Origin: Stramenopiles sp. TOSAG23-3
Taxonomy: Eukaryota
Assembly: GCA_900128585.1 (NCBI GenBank)
Contig: LT642157.1
Location: 1-55,419 of the forward strand
DNA length: 55,419 bases
Reading direction: 5' to 3'
This document shows, piece after piece, positions 44,196 to 53,764 of the stretch; position 1 is the stretch's first letter; each line of letters starts with the position of its first letter. The position numbers were made by a program, and so were the translations under genes. The notes under the pieces were generated by a model, which was given only the letters and a program-made list of their open reading frames with translations, did no database searches and was not told the DNA's origin.

Positions 44196-44368
44196 ATTTT
44201 GGTTTTCAGAACCCATCATAGAAAAATATTTAGCCGGGAAAGAACTGGACATTCAGGTACAGGAAGATACTGAGAAATGTGTCAAGTCTATTGGAGCACT
44301 GAATACTGGAGACAAATTGCCGGAACATTCACTTGCAAGTCCATGGTGTTCAGAATTAAAAATGAACT
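44196..44368 (+). pseudogene. Near-identical duplicated internal fragment of the downstream gene (45381-45548)
   Basis: Identical except for a 3-nt (CAT) and a 4-nt (GCAC) extra stretch in this copy. Confidence 0.92.
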
Positions 44369-44829
44369 AGTTTCTTTGGATACTCCAGCAGTTTGTTGCA
44401 TACACTCATCCTGCCGCTTACTACTATTAATACTGTAATACCACCACCATCACGGCATCGTTGTAAAAATGAAGAAAATGTTTTCAGTGCATTTTTTTTT
44501 AATTTTTCTTCAGTGTAGCAAATCATTATTGGCAAACATCATCATATTTCCTGATGATGATATTATGATATTAGTAGTCGTCTATTATAACAACACTGCA
44601 TGCTAAAGACAAGAAGCACAACAACAAACAACAACAGCAAGAAAAAAATAAAAGATAATAAGAAAAAGAATAAGTAAAATCCTCGTATGCAAATTGTATT
44701 TAGAAGAAGAGCACTGATTTTGATGACAACTTTTTTGATATACAACTAAATTGTTCTAGGTTCAACGAAGAAAATTAAGGTGCTTTATTGCCAATCCCTT
44801 CCAGTTCGATATCCAGAGCTCCGCTAATA

Positions 44830-45850
44830 ATGAATTGTTATCAATTAATAATACTTCTCGCGATCACCACCTTTTGCAGTGGGCACGTTCGTGGATGGCC
44901 CTCTAGCTTCGACGAAGACGAGAGCATGAAAAGGGAAATGCAAATTCAGAAAAGGAATCATGACATTGCCTTATTTTGCGGGGATAATTCGATTGATGAG
45001 CCTGAATTACAGAATGTACTTATGGCGTTGCTGCCGCACTACCCTAAAACGTGTCAGAGGCCCATAATGGAGCTTTATAGGGCCGAGAAAAATTGCAAAA
45101 GAGAAGTCAAGAGATTTGGAGAGGACCCTTCCCTTCTTTTTAAACTGCTCTTGAAATCACCTGAATGCCGCAAAGATCTTCAGGAAAAAGTCTACGAAAG
45201 AGGGTACGGGAGCGACAACGAAATCGTGACACACAATGACAACTTTTGCAACGTTGGCAGTGCTTTTTCAGAAGCGCTCAAAGGCGTTGCGATGGAATAC
45301 GCTGTCAAACAGGCACTCGTTCTGCAGTTAGATAGTGGTAACTCAGAATGGGTAGTCTTCGAAAGTCGTCGTCAATGGGGATTTTGGTTTTCAGAACCCA
45401 TAGAAAAATATTTAGCCGGGAAAGAACTGGACATTCAGGTACAGGAAGATACTGAGAAATGTGTCAAGTCTATTGGATGAATACTGGAGACAAATTGCCG
45501 GAACATTCACTTGCAAGTCCATGGTGTTCAGAATTAAAAATGAACTTAGAAGTGAGACTGAAGAGTTAAAGCGATTCAAGGAAAAGTTGTGCTCTCTCGA
45601 GACGGACGAAGACATCGATGAAACGTGTAAACTTGATTCTCTTCCATGTACATTCCTGTCGTCTAGACACCAGCTTCCTCAAGACAGAATTTCATATTTG
45701 GAATTGCTAAGATTAGAAAGAATGGACTTTTGCTATGATTTCGTTCGAAGTGACGTTACAAGACTCAGAGACGAGTATCGAAACAGTTATATTTTCAGGG
45801 CAATAGTGAAAGGATTTGGAGGCGGCGTGCAGTCTTTGTTCGGTCGATAA
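44830..45850 (+). CDS. Secreted Cys-containing helical protein split into two overlapping ORFs (frameshifted gene or pseudogene)
   Basis: ORF1 from ATG 44830 with signal peptide MNCYQLIILLAITTFCSG stops at TGA 45478-45480; the +1 frame is open from about 45417 to 45850 with similar composition. Confidence 0.6.
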
Positions 45851-45902
45851 CTCAAATGATGGAAGAAGATTAAGCTATTTACACTTATTAAATCGTCATT
45901 TC

Positions 45903-45987
45903 TCCTTCTATTCTCAATTTATGCCCATTTGATTGACAACATATGTTACAAACTATACACTCATTATTTATAGTTGTATGTGCGGAA
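45903..45987. repeat. Local dispersed repeat, copy 2 (truncated)
   Basis: TCCTTCTATTCTCAATTTATG...TTGTATGTGCG closely matches 44117-44195. Confidence 0.85.
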
Positions 45988-46018
45988 CAGAACCTGAAGA
46001 AGACTGGAGCCCCTAGAG

Positions 46019-46232
46019 TTTCATAGCAAAAGTGAGCAAAACTCTAACTACAGTAATGAAATAGCCTAATCCGTTCTGTATCCTGTGTTGTCCCTATTCT
46101 CTATCGATGCCAATTGAATAGGCTTTGGATTTCGAAAATGATACGCCAATCTGTACTTGTAATTCCCACTGGGCAGTTGAGTTTCGTAGTTGTAGCGGAA
46201 TTGGTATTCTTGTAGAGGATTTTGCTATGAAA
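46019..46232. mobile_element. MITE-like 214-bp element (repeat copy 3) with 13-bp terminal inverted repeats
   Basis: TTTCATAGCAAAA at 46019-46031 and TTTTGCTATGAAA at 46220-46232; interior homologous to the other copies; no target-site duplication seen. Confidence 0.45.
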
Positions 46233-46694
46233 ACCGTGGAGGAGATCCTACTAAGCGCTTGCAAAACCAAACACTATATACAGGTACTGGGAGGAAGAAG
46301 GAATTTAAATTAGAAAAAGAGGAGGGACGAGGGAAGAAGTGTCCAAAGTGGGGGGGGGGAGGTTTATATATCTTTATTATCAACATTTTTGGATAAATTG
46401 TAGTTTTCCTACTATTACTATATCTCGTAACCGTGTTTATAGTCACACTTGTGACACATTATAGAGAATAATCCCAGAGAAGAGAATACTATAGAATAGC
46501 ATGTATTTGGTGGCGGTTGTTTGGGGGGGACGCTTTCATTCTTTAGGTTTTCCATTTAAATGTTCACACGCTTACGTAAACATTTAAGATATTGAAATTG
46601 AAACGAAAGCGAAAGTAAAAGGAGTAAGCCATTAAACAAAAACCACAAGAGAAACACAAAACACAAAATTATACCCATTTACGTTTTTAATATA

Positions 46695-47519
46695 ATGAAA
46701 CTATTAGCACTCGTTGCACTTACACTTGCCGTTGCGTCGGTATCTGCTGGCACGCTACGCGCTAGTCCCTCTGTTAAGGCTGGCGGCGAAAAGTTCCAAA
46801 AAGGACTGGAGAAACGTCTTGCTGACAACAAAGAGTGGGCTGAGAAGGTTCACGATGCGAGAGTAAACAGAAACCAAGAAGCCCGAGATGCTTGGGCAGA
46901 AGGCGAAAAAAAGCGACAAGAAGAGCGAAACAAACGAGCCGAAGAGTGGACGAAAGGCGAAGAAAAGCGACAACAAGACCGCAACGAAGCTGCAGATGAA
47001 TGGGCTGCCAATGAACGAGAACGACAACAAGACCGCAACGAAGCTGCAGATAAATGGGCTGCTAATGAACGAGAACGACAACAAGAACGGAATGATCGGC
47101 AAACAATCAGGAATATCCAGGACCTCGACACACTTGAAGACAAAGTAAAAGAACTTCACAAGTGGGAAAACATCAAACTCGAAAGCGCTTTACGGTATGC
47201 CAAGAACCACGCAATGCACTGTCACTGTCATAAATGGAAGAGACAAACGTTTGAATGCACTAAACCTAAGCCAGAAAATAAACGTTGCAAAGAGCAAGAG
47301 GTCCGCGATACGTTGGCAGAAGAAGCTGAAGCAACGCTATCAAAATTTCAAGAGGCATTCGAATCTCTTATAGACGATATGAACGATGCTGATGATGAGT
47401 CCAAAAAAGAAGAAATCTACCAAAAAGCATGCGATAAAGACTTGGAAGGCTTGGGACGACTTGGATTTCTATGCAAAGACTACAAAAGTTCTTTCTCGCA
47501 TAAGTCAAGGAACGCTTGA
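46695..47519 (+). CDS. Secreted charged helical protein with 18-aa Trp repeats (274 aa)
   Basis: Signal peptide MKLLALVALTLAVASVSA; 54-bp tandem units (46968-47021, 47022-47075) encoding RQQDRNEAADxWAANERE; HCHCH and further Cys in the C-terminal domain. Confidence 0.85.
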   Translation: MKLLALVALTLAVASVSAGTLRASPSVKAGGEKFQKGLEKRLADNKEWAEKVHDARVNRNQEARDAWAEGEKKRQEERNKRAEEWTKGEEKRQQDRNEAADEWAANERERQQDRNEAADKWAANERERQQERNDRQTIRNIQDLDTLEDKVKELHKWENIKLESALRYAKNHAMHCHCHKWKRQTFECTKPKPENKRCKEQEVRDTLAEEAEATLSKFQEAFESLIDDMNDADDESKKEEIYQKACDKDLEGLGRLGFLCKDYKSSFSHKSRNA

Positions 47520-47808
47520 GGTTACCACGTTAGGCATTGCATGTGGGCATTACGATTACGACACAATCGTAGGCAACATGTTCAGTCTAGACACTGCTTC
47601 GGGACGGTGTTCTACTGGACATTGAACGATTCATCTAAAATAATAATAATTCCAAAATTGTTCCTCCAACAATAATCTCTATCTTTCATTATAATTTTAA
47701 TATTTTTAAGTGACAGGTATGGAGCCGCCATACACGTTGATTATTTATATAGAGTTGAGCAGCTGGGGAGGAGCTTGTTTGTTTTGTCAGTTAAACTATA
47801 GTATTCAT

Positions 47809-47968
47809 GTAGTCTAATTCGTTCTTCCTACTGTGCTGTCCCTGTTCCCACTCTACACCGATTGGATAGGCATAGGGTGTCGCACACAATACGAATAATA
47901 TGTACTTGAAGAAGGAAACCGTCGTTTTCTTCCCAGTTTTGTACTTGTAGTGGAATCGGTATTCTTGT
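47809..47968. repeat. Local dispersed repeat, copy 4
   Basis: Collinear similarity to 46061-46213, ending GTAGTGGAATCGGTATTCTTGT vs GTAGCGGAATTGGTATTCTTGT. Confidence 0.75.
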
Positions 47969-48480
47969 CCTATTAAAATCGGGAAGGACGACATCAAAGG
48001 TGTCTGGGACCGTCTAATGAACGAATGAAATGAATAACTGTTGATCTAGAATCGACTGAACACAGAGTACAGAAAGAACCAATTATTAGATGATTACTGA
48101 TCTTAAAAAAAACATTCATCATCGTATTAGGCAACAACTAATGGTATTTATCCTCCATTATTCCAATTATAGATATCCCAAAAATCAGGATAATAGTACA
48201 AATAATAATATTGAAGGCGATAATCGAAATGATTTAATATATAATAACGAAGAAATTAAAAAAAAAAGAAACCATATAAAAGCTTTTTATTGGGGATTCA
48301 CCACAGCAGTTGATAAATAATTAGTACACCTAAATATCATCAATTTTAATTTAGACCGCAACAAAACAGTACGGCAACTGTACATTGGTCGACGACAGAG
48401 AGAAATAAACGACGAACGTCGACATAAAGAAAAAAACAAAAAAAGTCCCATATATTTAAACAAGTTCTCTTTCCGAGAAT

Positions 48481-49737
48481 ATGGTTGGCCTTTACTCGTT
48501 CTTACTAATCGTGTTGGTCGGAAGCCATATTGGACCGAGTTGCAGCGCAGTGGTGACAAAACGTTTGATAGGTGTTTCCAACTCTACGTGCGCACCGCGA
48601 TGGTGTCGTGCAACGGCAATATCCAGTACTGGTGAACGAATAGTGGCTGTCGACAACGTAGAAGGGAAAATATTCAAATCTTCAGACTTTGGGTTATCTT
48701 GGACTGAGTGTGTGAATGCACCTTCTTACAAGTGGACTAGTGTTGCGTCCTCGGCTGATGGGAACAAACTTGTTGCGGTCGGCAATTACAAAGTGGGAGC
48801 GGCTAATCCTGATAGCCACTGCGTTATCTATACATCTAGTGATTATGGAGAATCTTGGATCTTGCGTCGAAATTCTAGCAATTCTTCTTCTGCAACTTGT
48901 CATTATAACAATATAGTGTCATCTGGGGATGGCACCAAGTTACTGCTTTTCACCCACCGCGACCATTCCTATTCTGGTCGTGGATATCTACAAAGCACAG
49001 ACTCTGGCATAACATGGGCACACGTTTATTCTACGTATTGGGATTCGAGTCGCTCTTTAGGGAATGTATGGTCATCATCGGATGGAAACATTTTAGCAGG
49101 TACTGGCAGCGGTGGTGGAGGAGCCGACGTTGCAATTTCATCAAATGCAGGGACAAACTGGACACTATTGAGATCTGACGTTGCGAATTCGGCGATGTAC
49201 ACGACGGTAGCACTGTCAGACAATGGTGCAACAATCATAACCGGGCAATATTACCCGTTTACTTCACCTCTTCTATCAATATCATACAACTATGGTGCAA
49301 ATTGGAGTACAGTTATCCAATTGAAACGGAGGGTTGCGTCACCAACAACTGCAACACATCCATTAGTTTCATGTTCTTCAGATTGTACAAAAATCGTCGC
49401 GGTTTTACAGGTGGTGGATAGTTATAATAGACCAATAAACTCAAGTGTCTGGGGCTCTACTAATGGTGGATTAAACTGGACTGAGTTCACAGAATTAACA
49501 GCGCTAGCCCTTCCTTTTCATATGCCCCAGTTGTCATCTGATGGAGAAAAATTGGTATTGACTACACATGACGGATCCGTTTGGACTAGTGGAAACAACA
49601 AGATTTGGCAGGACATTGGTGCCACGACCACTACCAACAACAATCTATTAAGCACTGCGTCTCGTCTGGAAAACTACTCGCTATTGCCTGCTTTCCTTTC
49701 AGCAGCATTTTGCTTGCTCATGCCCTCATATTACTAA
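48481..49737 (+). CDS. Secreted, probably GPI-anchored BNR/Asp-box beta-propeller protein (418 aa)
   Basis: Signal peptide; six Asp-box-like motifs (SSDFGLSW, SSDYGESW, STDSGITW, SSNAGTNW, SYNYGANW, STNGGLNW); Thr/Asn spacer and hydrophobic C-terminus. Confidence 0.85.
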   Translation: MVGLYSFLLIVLVGSHIGPSCSAVVTKRLIGVSNSTCAPRWCRATAISSTGERIVAVDNVEGKIFKSSDFGLSWTECVNAPSYKWTSVASSADGNKLVAVGNYKVGAANPDSHCVIYTSSDYGESWILRRNSSNSSSATCHYNNIVSSGDGTKLLLFTHRDHSYSGRGYLQSTDSGITWAHVYSTYWDSSRSLGNVWSSSDGNILAGTGSGGGGADVAISSNAGTNWTLLRSDVANSAMYTTVALSDNGATIITGQYYPFTSPLLSISYNYGANWSTVIQLKRRVASPTTATHPLVSCSSDCTKIVAVLQVVDSYNRPINSSVWGSTNGGLNWTEFTELTALALPFHMPQLSSDGEKLVLTTHDGSVWTSGNNKIWQDIGATTTTNNNLLSTASRLENYSLLPAFLSAAFCLLMPSYY

Positions 49738-50025
49738 TGCAAATACCATATCAGCAAATTGACGTTACTAAATATGATAATACACTTTTTTTTAATGCCA
49801 CTTAAACGAGTTACTAGTAGCTTCCATCAAAGTCGATGCTGTTTTACACCTTTTCCTCTTGGTTTGCGTTTGATTAACCCTTCCCTGAAGCTCAGGGGGG
49901 GGGGGGCTAGAAGGGGATTAAAAGAAGAGATGACCCAAAAGAGAAAAGCATTATTTTATTTGCGGACCAGGATAGGAAATAGATAAGTCATTCCGTTGCA
50001 GCACACCTCTTTCCACCTTCAATTA

Positions 50026-52713
50026 TTATGCAGGGCACGTGGGACCGTCATCTTTTTGCATGCCGTTGCGGACCGTTCCCATCTTTGAAGAATCTAACAT
50101 AATTACAGAATCTAAGGCAACCTTCCCTCCTGGGAATACTATATTTTCACTCCCGCAGACATCCTCATTAATGTCTTCAAGCTTTGTAGCTCTCCGCGCT
50201 CTGGCACGCTTGGAATGCTTACTCACTTGACGGCCTGGCGCTAGTGGCCGAGCGTTGCGTTGCTGATTCTCTTTCATAGGCGGCCTTGGATAGTGCGGGT
50301 GGTCGACCTGGGGCACCATCGGCTCTAGTGCACGATTGTTGAACGCACTGTTGCTTGGCGATGGAAGTGCGGCAGGACTCATTGTTAATTTTGCAAGGGG
50401 TTTGGCAGCCCCGCAGTCTAGAGGCCTTAAAGAAACCAATTTGTTCGGATTTGGCTTTGGAGCAATTGCGTCCCGCTTGGGCGTGCGCGGTAGCAGTCCT
50501 CTACCGGTTCGACTTCTATATTTTTTTGATGGAATGGGCGATGGTTCGTACGCTTTTGTCAACCTTTGCCTCCGGTATCGTTTCATCGCCGACCCTGGCT
50601 CTTTCCCCTGGTATTCAACTTTGCCTTTGTCTCCCTTCTGCATTATTGACGATATCTCTGCATCCGCTGCTGATATACTCTCGTTGTTATCACATCGTTT
50701 CTGTTTTCTCCTTCTGCTGCTCTTTGGCTTAAACCCTCTGGCAGAATTGCGTTGTTTCCCCCCCTTTTCCGACAGCTCGTTGTTTCTTACATTTAATTTT
50801 GGCAAATTTTCGCCCTGCGATGTCCCGGCTTCCGGCAGGATCCATTTTTCCATGTTTGCGTCCCACTGCGCCACGTCCCAAATGCGTTTGAGTTCACTCT
50901 TATGCACGTACAATTCTACGATTTGCTGGAAAAGCTGCTTTTCTTGTTGGAGTTCAGTTATGTTTTGGAGGAAGCTACTTCGCTCTGCGTTAAACTCGTG
51001 GGCCAAATCTTTCACCTCCTGTTCCGCTTCAGCTATCTTTTCAGCACATATTTGCTCCACAACCTGCAACGCTTCGGCGGCACTTTTCGCTTCTTTCCGT
51101 GCTTCTTTCACCTGTTTGGCGCGCTTTGCCCTTTCTTGACGCAGTTTCTCCTTTTTCTTAACCATGGCATTGTGCTTTTTTTTACGCGCTTGTGCACGTT
51201 TGATCACGGTCTCCAGGTCTGCTGTGGAACACGTTCGTTTCACACCCTTTTCGCTCCCACCAACGTTTTTCGAAACCGCGCTGTTGTCCCGCCTTGGGGA
51301 TGCTAGGACACCGTCTTTTCCAATCACTTTTGCCTGCATTTCTGCAAGCTTTTTCTGCAGTTCTTCTCTCTGTTCTCGTTCTAATTTGGCCCGTTCTTCA
51401 GCCTCTTTTAGTTGGCGAGATATTTCTTGCTGCTGTTCAGTCAGCCGGGTTTGTAGCTCACTAAGTGCAGCCTGCTGTGCAGAACCGCTTTCCTCTTGGG
51501 AGGGAGAAGGGTTCCGGGAGTGATTGTCTTGAAGTTGCCGTTTCAGAATTTCGATTTCGTCCTTGTAAGCCCGCAGCATCGCATCCTTTGGGTCTTCGTT
51601 AATCGTCGGTTTGTTTTTAATGTTCTTTGCACGATTCGCGTACCGCAAGGTACTCAGCGTCTCTTCGTAGTTGTAATCGGCAGGGCCTATCGCAGCAATC
51701 ATGACCGTTTTGGTATTACCGCCAAGGCTTGTCTGCAGCAAACGAGTAAGTTTGCTATCTCTATACGGAATGTGTTTTCCCGATTTCCCGTCGACTAGGG
51801 CAGCAATTACATTCCCCAGAGCCGACAGGGAGAGGTTAATGCTTGATCCTTCCTTCAAACGTTTACCGCTAGCTTTCGTTTTTTTCTGCCGTTCGCTTCC
51901 TGCTAAATCGACCAGGTTTAACTTTCCTACTCGAAAACTTTCCTCGCCTTGGGCGTTTTTCTTAGTGCTTTCAATCCTGACTGTAAAGATGGAATGCGAT
52001 CTGCTGCTTCCCCTATTCATCGCGGTTTCACCTACAGTCCTGTTCTTTGCGCCTTGAACCATGATTTCTTTGATACTTTCTACTGACTCGACAACAATTT
52101 CTTTTAACCCGTGCACAAACACACCCTTGTCTTTGTCTTCCCGAAGCTGCAAGTTCTGCTCAGGGCTGTCGATAAGCAAATCCCTTATCTTCTCGTTGTA
52201 AATTTCCAAGTAAGAGGCTTGAACAAGATACTCCTTCCCTTCGTCACCCTCCGATCCAATGCGCACTTCTTCAAAAATATTTTCAAAACTGTTGGGAATG
52301 ATCCCAAGGTCATCCGGGTTAGCATTCTCGATTTCTGGGCCCATCATTGTATGCGTCTTGCCACAACCAGTTTGCCCGTACGCAAATATAGTACCATTGT
52401 AGCCAGAAATGACGCTCTCAACCAGGGGATACGCCACTTCGTCGTAGACCTGTAGTTGCTTGCTGTTTTCGTCAAACACGGAGTCAAAAGTAAAGCTGCG
52501 CTGCGCTTCTTTTCCCGCCTTTCCCTGGTTGGGCTTGGGGTTTGTTATTGTAACGCTCGAGTCCTCGATGTTGCAATGAACAATGGGCTTTCTGTTTTCT
52601 TTTTTTTCTTTTGAATTCAACGGTCTGCACCGAAGCACAACAGTAACGCATTCTTTTTTGTCCTTGTCGTTGGATGCGGGCACGACGGTACCGACAGATG
52701 CCGCTTTGCTCAT
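50026..52713 (-). CDS. Kinesin-2 family motor (KIF3/KIF17-like, intraflagellar transport)
   Basis: P-loop [34 protein letters not shown], neck [15 protein letters not shown], kinesin-2 stalk end [14 protein letters not shown] at 52713. Confidence 0.93.
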   Translation of the reverse strand: MSKAASVGTVVPASNDKDKKECVTVVLRCRPLNSKEKKENRKPIVHCNIEDSSVTITNPKPNQGKAGKEAQRSFTFDSVFDENSKQLQVYDEVAYPLVESVISGYNGTIFAYGQTGCGKTHTMMGPEIENANPDDLGIIPNSFENIFEEVRIGSEGDEGKEYLVQASYLEIYNEKIRDLLIDSPEQNLQLREDKDKGVFVHGLKEIVVESVESIKEIMVQGAKNRTVGETAMNRGSSRSHSIFTVRIESTKKNAQGEESFRVGKLNLVDLAGSERQKKTKASGKRLKEGSSINLSLSALGNVIAALVDGKSGKHIPYRDSKLTRLLQTSLGGNTKTVMIAAIGPADYNYEETLSTLRYANRAKNIKNKPTINEDPKDAMLRAYKDEIEILKRQLQDNHSRNPSPSQEESGSAQQAALSELQTRLTEQQQEISRQLKEAEERAKLEREQREELQKKLAEMQAKVIGKDGVLASPRRDNSAVSKNVGGSEKGVKRTCSTADLETVIKRAQARKKKHNAMVKKKEKLRQERAKRAKQVKEARKEAKSAAEALQVVEQICAEKIAEAEQEVKDLAHEFNAERSSFLQNITELQQEKQLFQQIVELYVHKSELKRIWDVAQWDANMEKWILPEAGTSQGENLPKLNVRNNELSEKGGKQRNSARGFKPKSSRRRKQKRCDNNESISAADAEISSIMQKGDKGKVEYQGKEPGSAMKRYRRQRLTKAYEPSPIPSKKYRSRTGRGLLPRTPKRDAIAPKPNPNKLVSLRPLDCGAAKPLAKLTMSPAALPSPSNSAFNNRALEPMVPQVDHPHYPRPPMKENQQRNARPLAPGRQVSKHSKRARARRATKLEDINEDVCGSENIVFPGGKVALDSVIMLDSSKMGTVRNGMQKDDGPTCPA

Positions 52714-53080
52714 TTCCAAAGGGCTATGTCAATTAATCAAACTGAATGGCAATGCCTTTTTTGCTCTCGATTTAATTATACACTTTTGTAGATGTGCACT
52801 ATTGAATACACTGCAAACTTTTTTGTTTCAAGAAAATTTAAAAGTGATGAAGGAGTGCAAAATGTAATTCTCGAACCATATAGGTTGAATTGATTGACAA
52901 TAAACGTTACCACAAATGAAGAAAAAAAGGTAGGGGGGCGTGCTTGTTCGTTATATACCAAAGTACCTGGTAGTAGTAGAAAGCGAAAAAACCGGTAGTA
53001 TAAATAGTTTGTTTTCTTTCAATAATTTTATTCTAACAGGCTTATACCATATGTAACAGCTCTCATGAAATATAAAAATG

Positions 53081-53139
53081 AAAGGTTACCAAAATACTCC
53101 TTACTTATAGGTACTTCTTTCTGCGAAGAAGAAAAAGGA

Positions 53140-53201
<62 letters not shown>

Positions 53202-53221
53202 GAAACAAAGAAAGAAATGAA
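53081..53221 (+). repeat. Duplicated intergenic segment, copy A, with expanded (GAAA)n
   Basis: AAAGGTTACCAAAATACTCCTT...AGGTACTTCTTTCTGCGAAGAAGAAA matches 53589-53655; about 20 GAAA/CAAA units. Confidence 0.9.
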
Positions 53222-53588
53222 CACAGTATACAATATGAAGTACCCACTGGATTTTATTGAAAATATGGTTTGTTTTAACGTTTCTTTTTCTTCTTCATCG
53301 TCGTATCATCTGTGGATTGATTTTCCGTTATACTTAACTTATAATGTCACAGTGTACTTATATTTTTAAACCCTATATATAGATTATAATGAAGTGGGAC
53401 TCTCACTCGTTAATCGCCCATTCTAAAAACACACCATATCATGAAAAGATCAAAAATTTGGTGTCGGGGTATTTTAGTACCGGTGCCCGTTCTACTACGT
53501 ATTAATTACAATATTTTTAAAAATGTAATCATCCCCACTACAGAGAGTCGTACTACTATTATATATATATAATATAACTCTATAAATA

Positions 53589-53655
53589 AAAGGTTACAAA
53601 AATACTCCTTAGGTACTTCTTTCTGCGAAGAAGAAACAGGAAAGAAAGAAATGAA
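53589..53655 (+). repeat. Duplicated intergenic segment, copy B
   Basis: Same core sequence with only three GAAA units before TGAA. Confidence 0.9.
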
Positions 53656-53764
53656 GAAGAAAAACATTTTTCAAATTGCAATGAAAGAATTTGTGTAATG
53701 GTGTTTTGATTAAAGAGGTTAGTTTCAGAGGAATTATCGTTCGAAGGGCAAGGAAGCAAAGATC

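Noticed and set aside
3816..45480. Genome-wide Euplotes-like frameshifting or stop-codon reassignment
   Set aside because: Three very long conserved genes have no shifts or internal stops, and TAA, TAG and TGA all terminate genes; the three +1 cases share no motif
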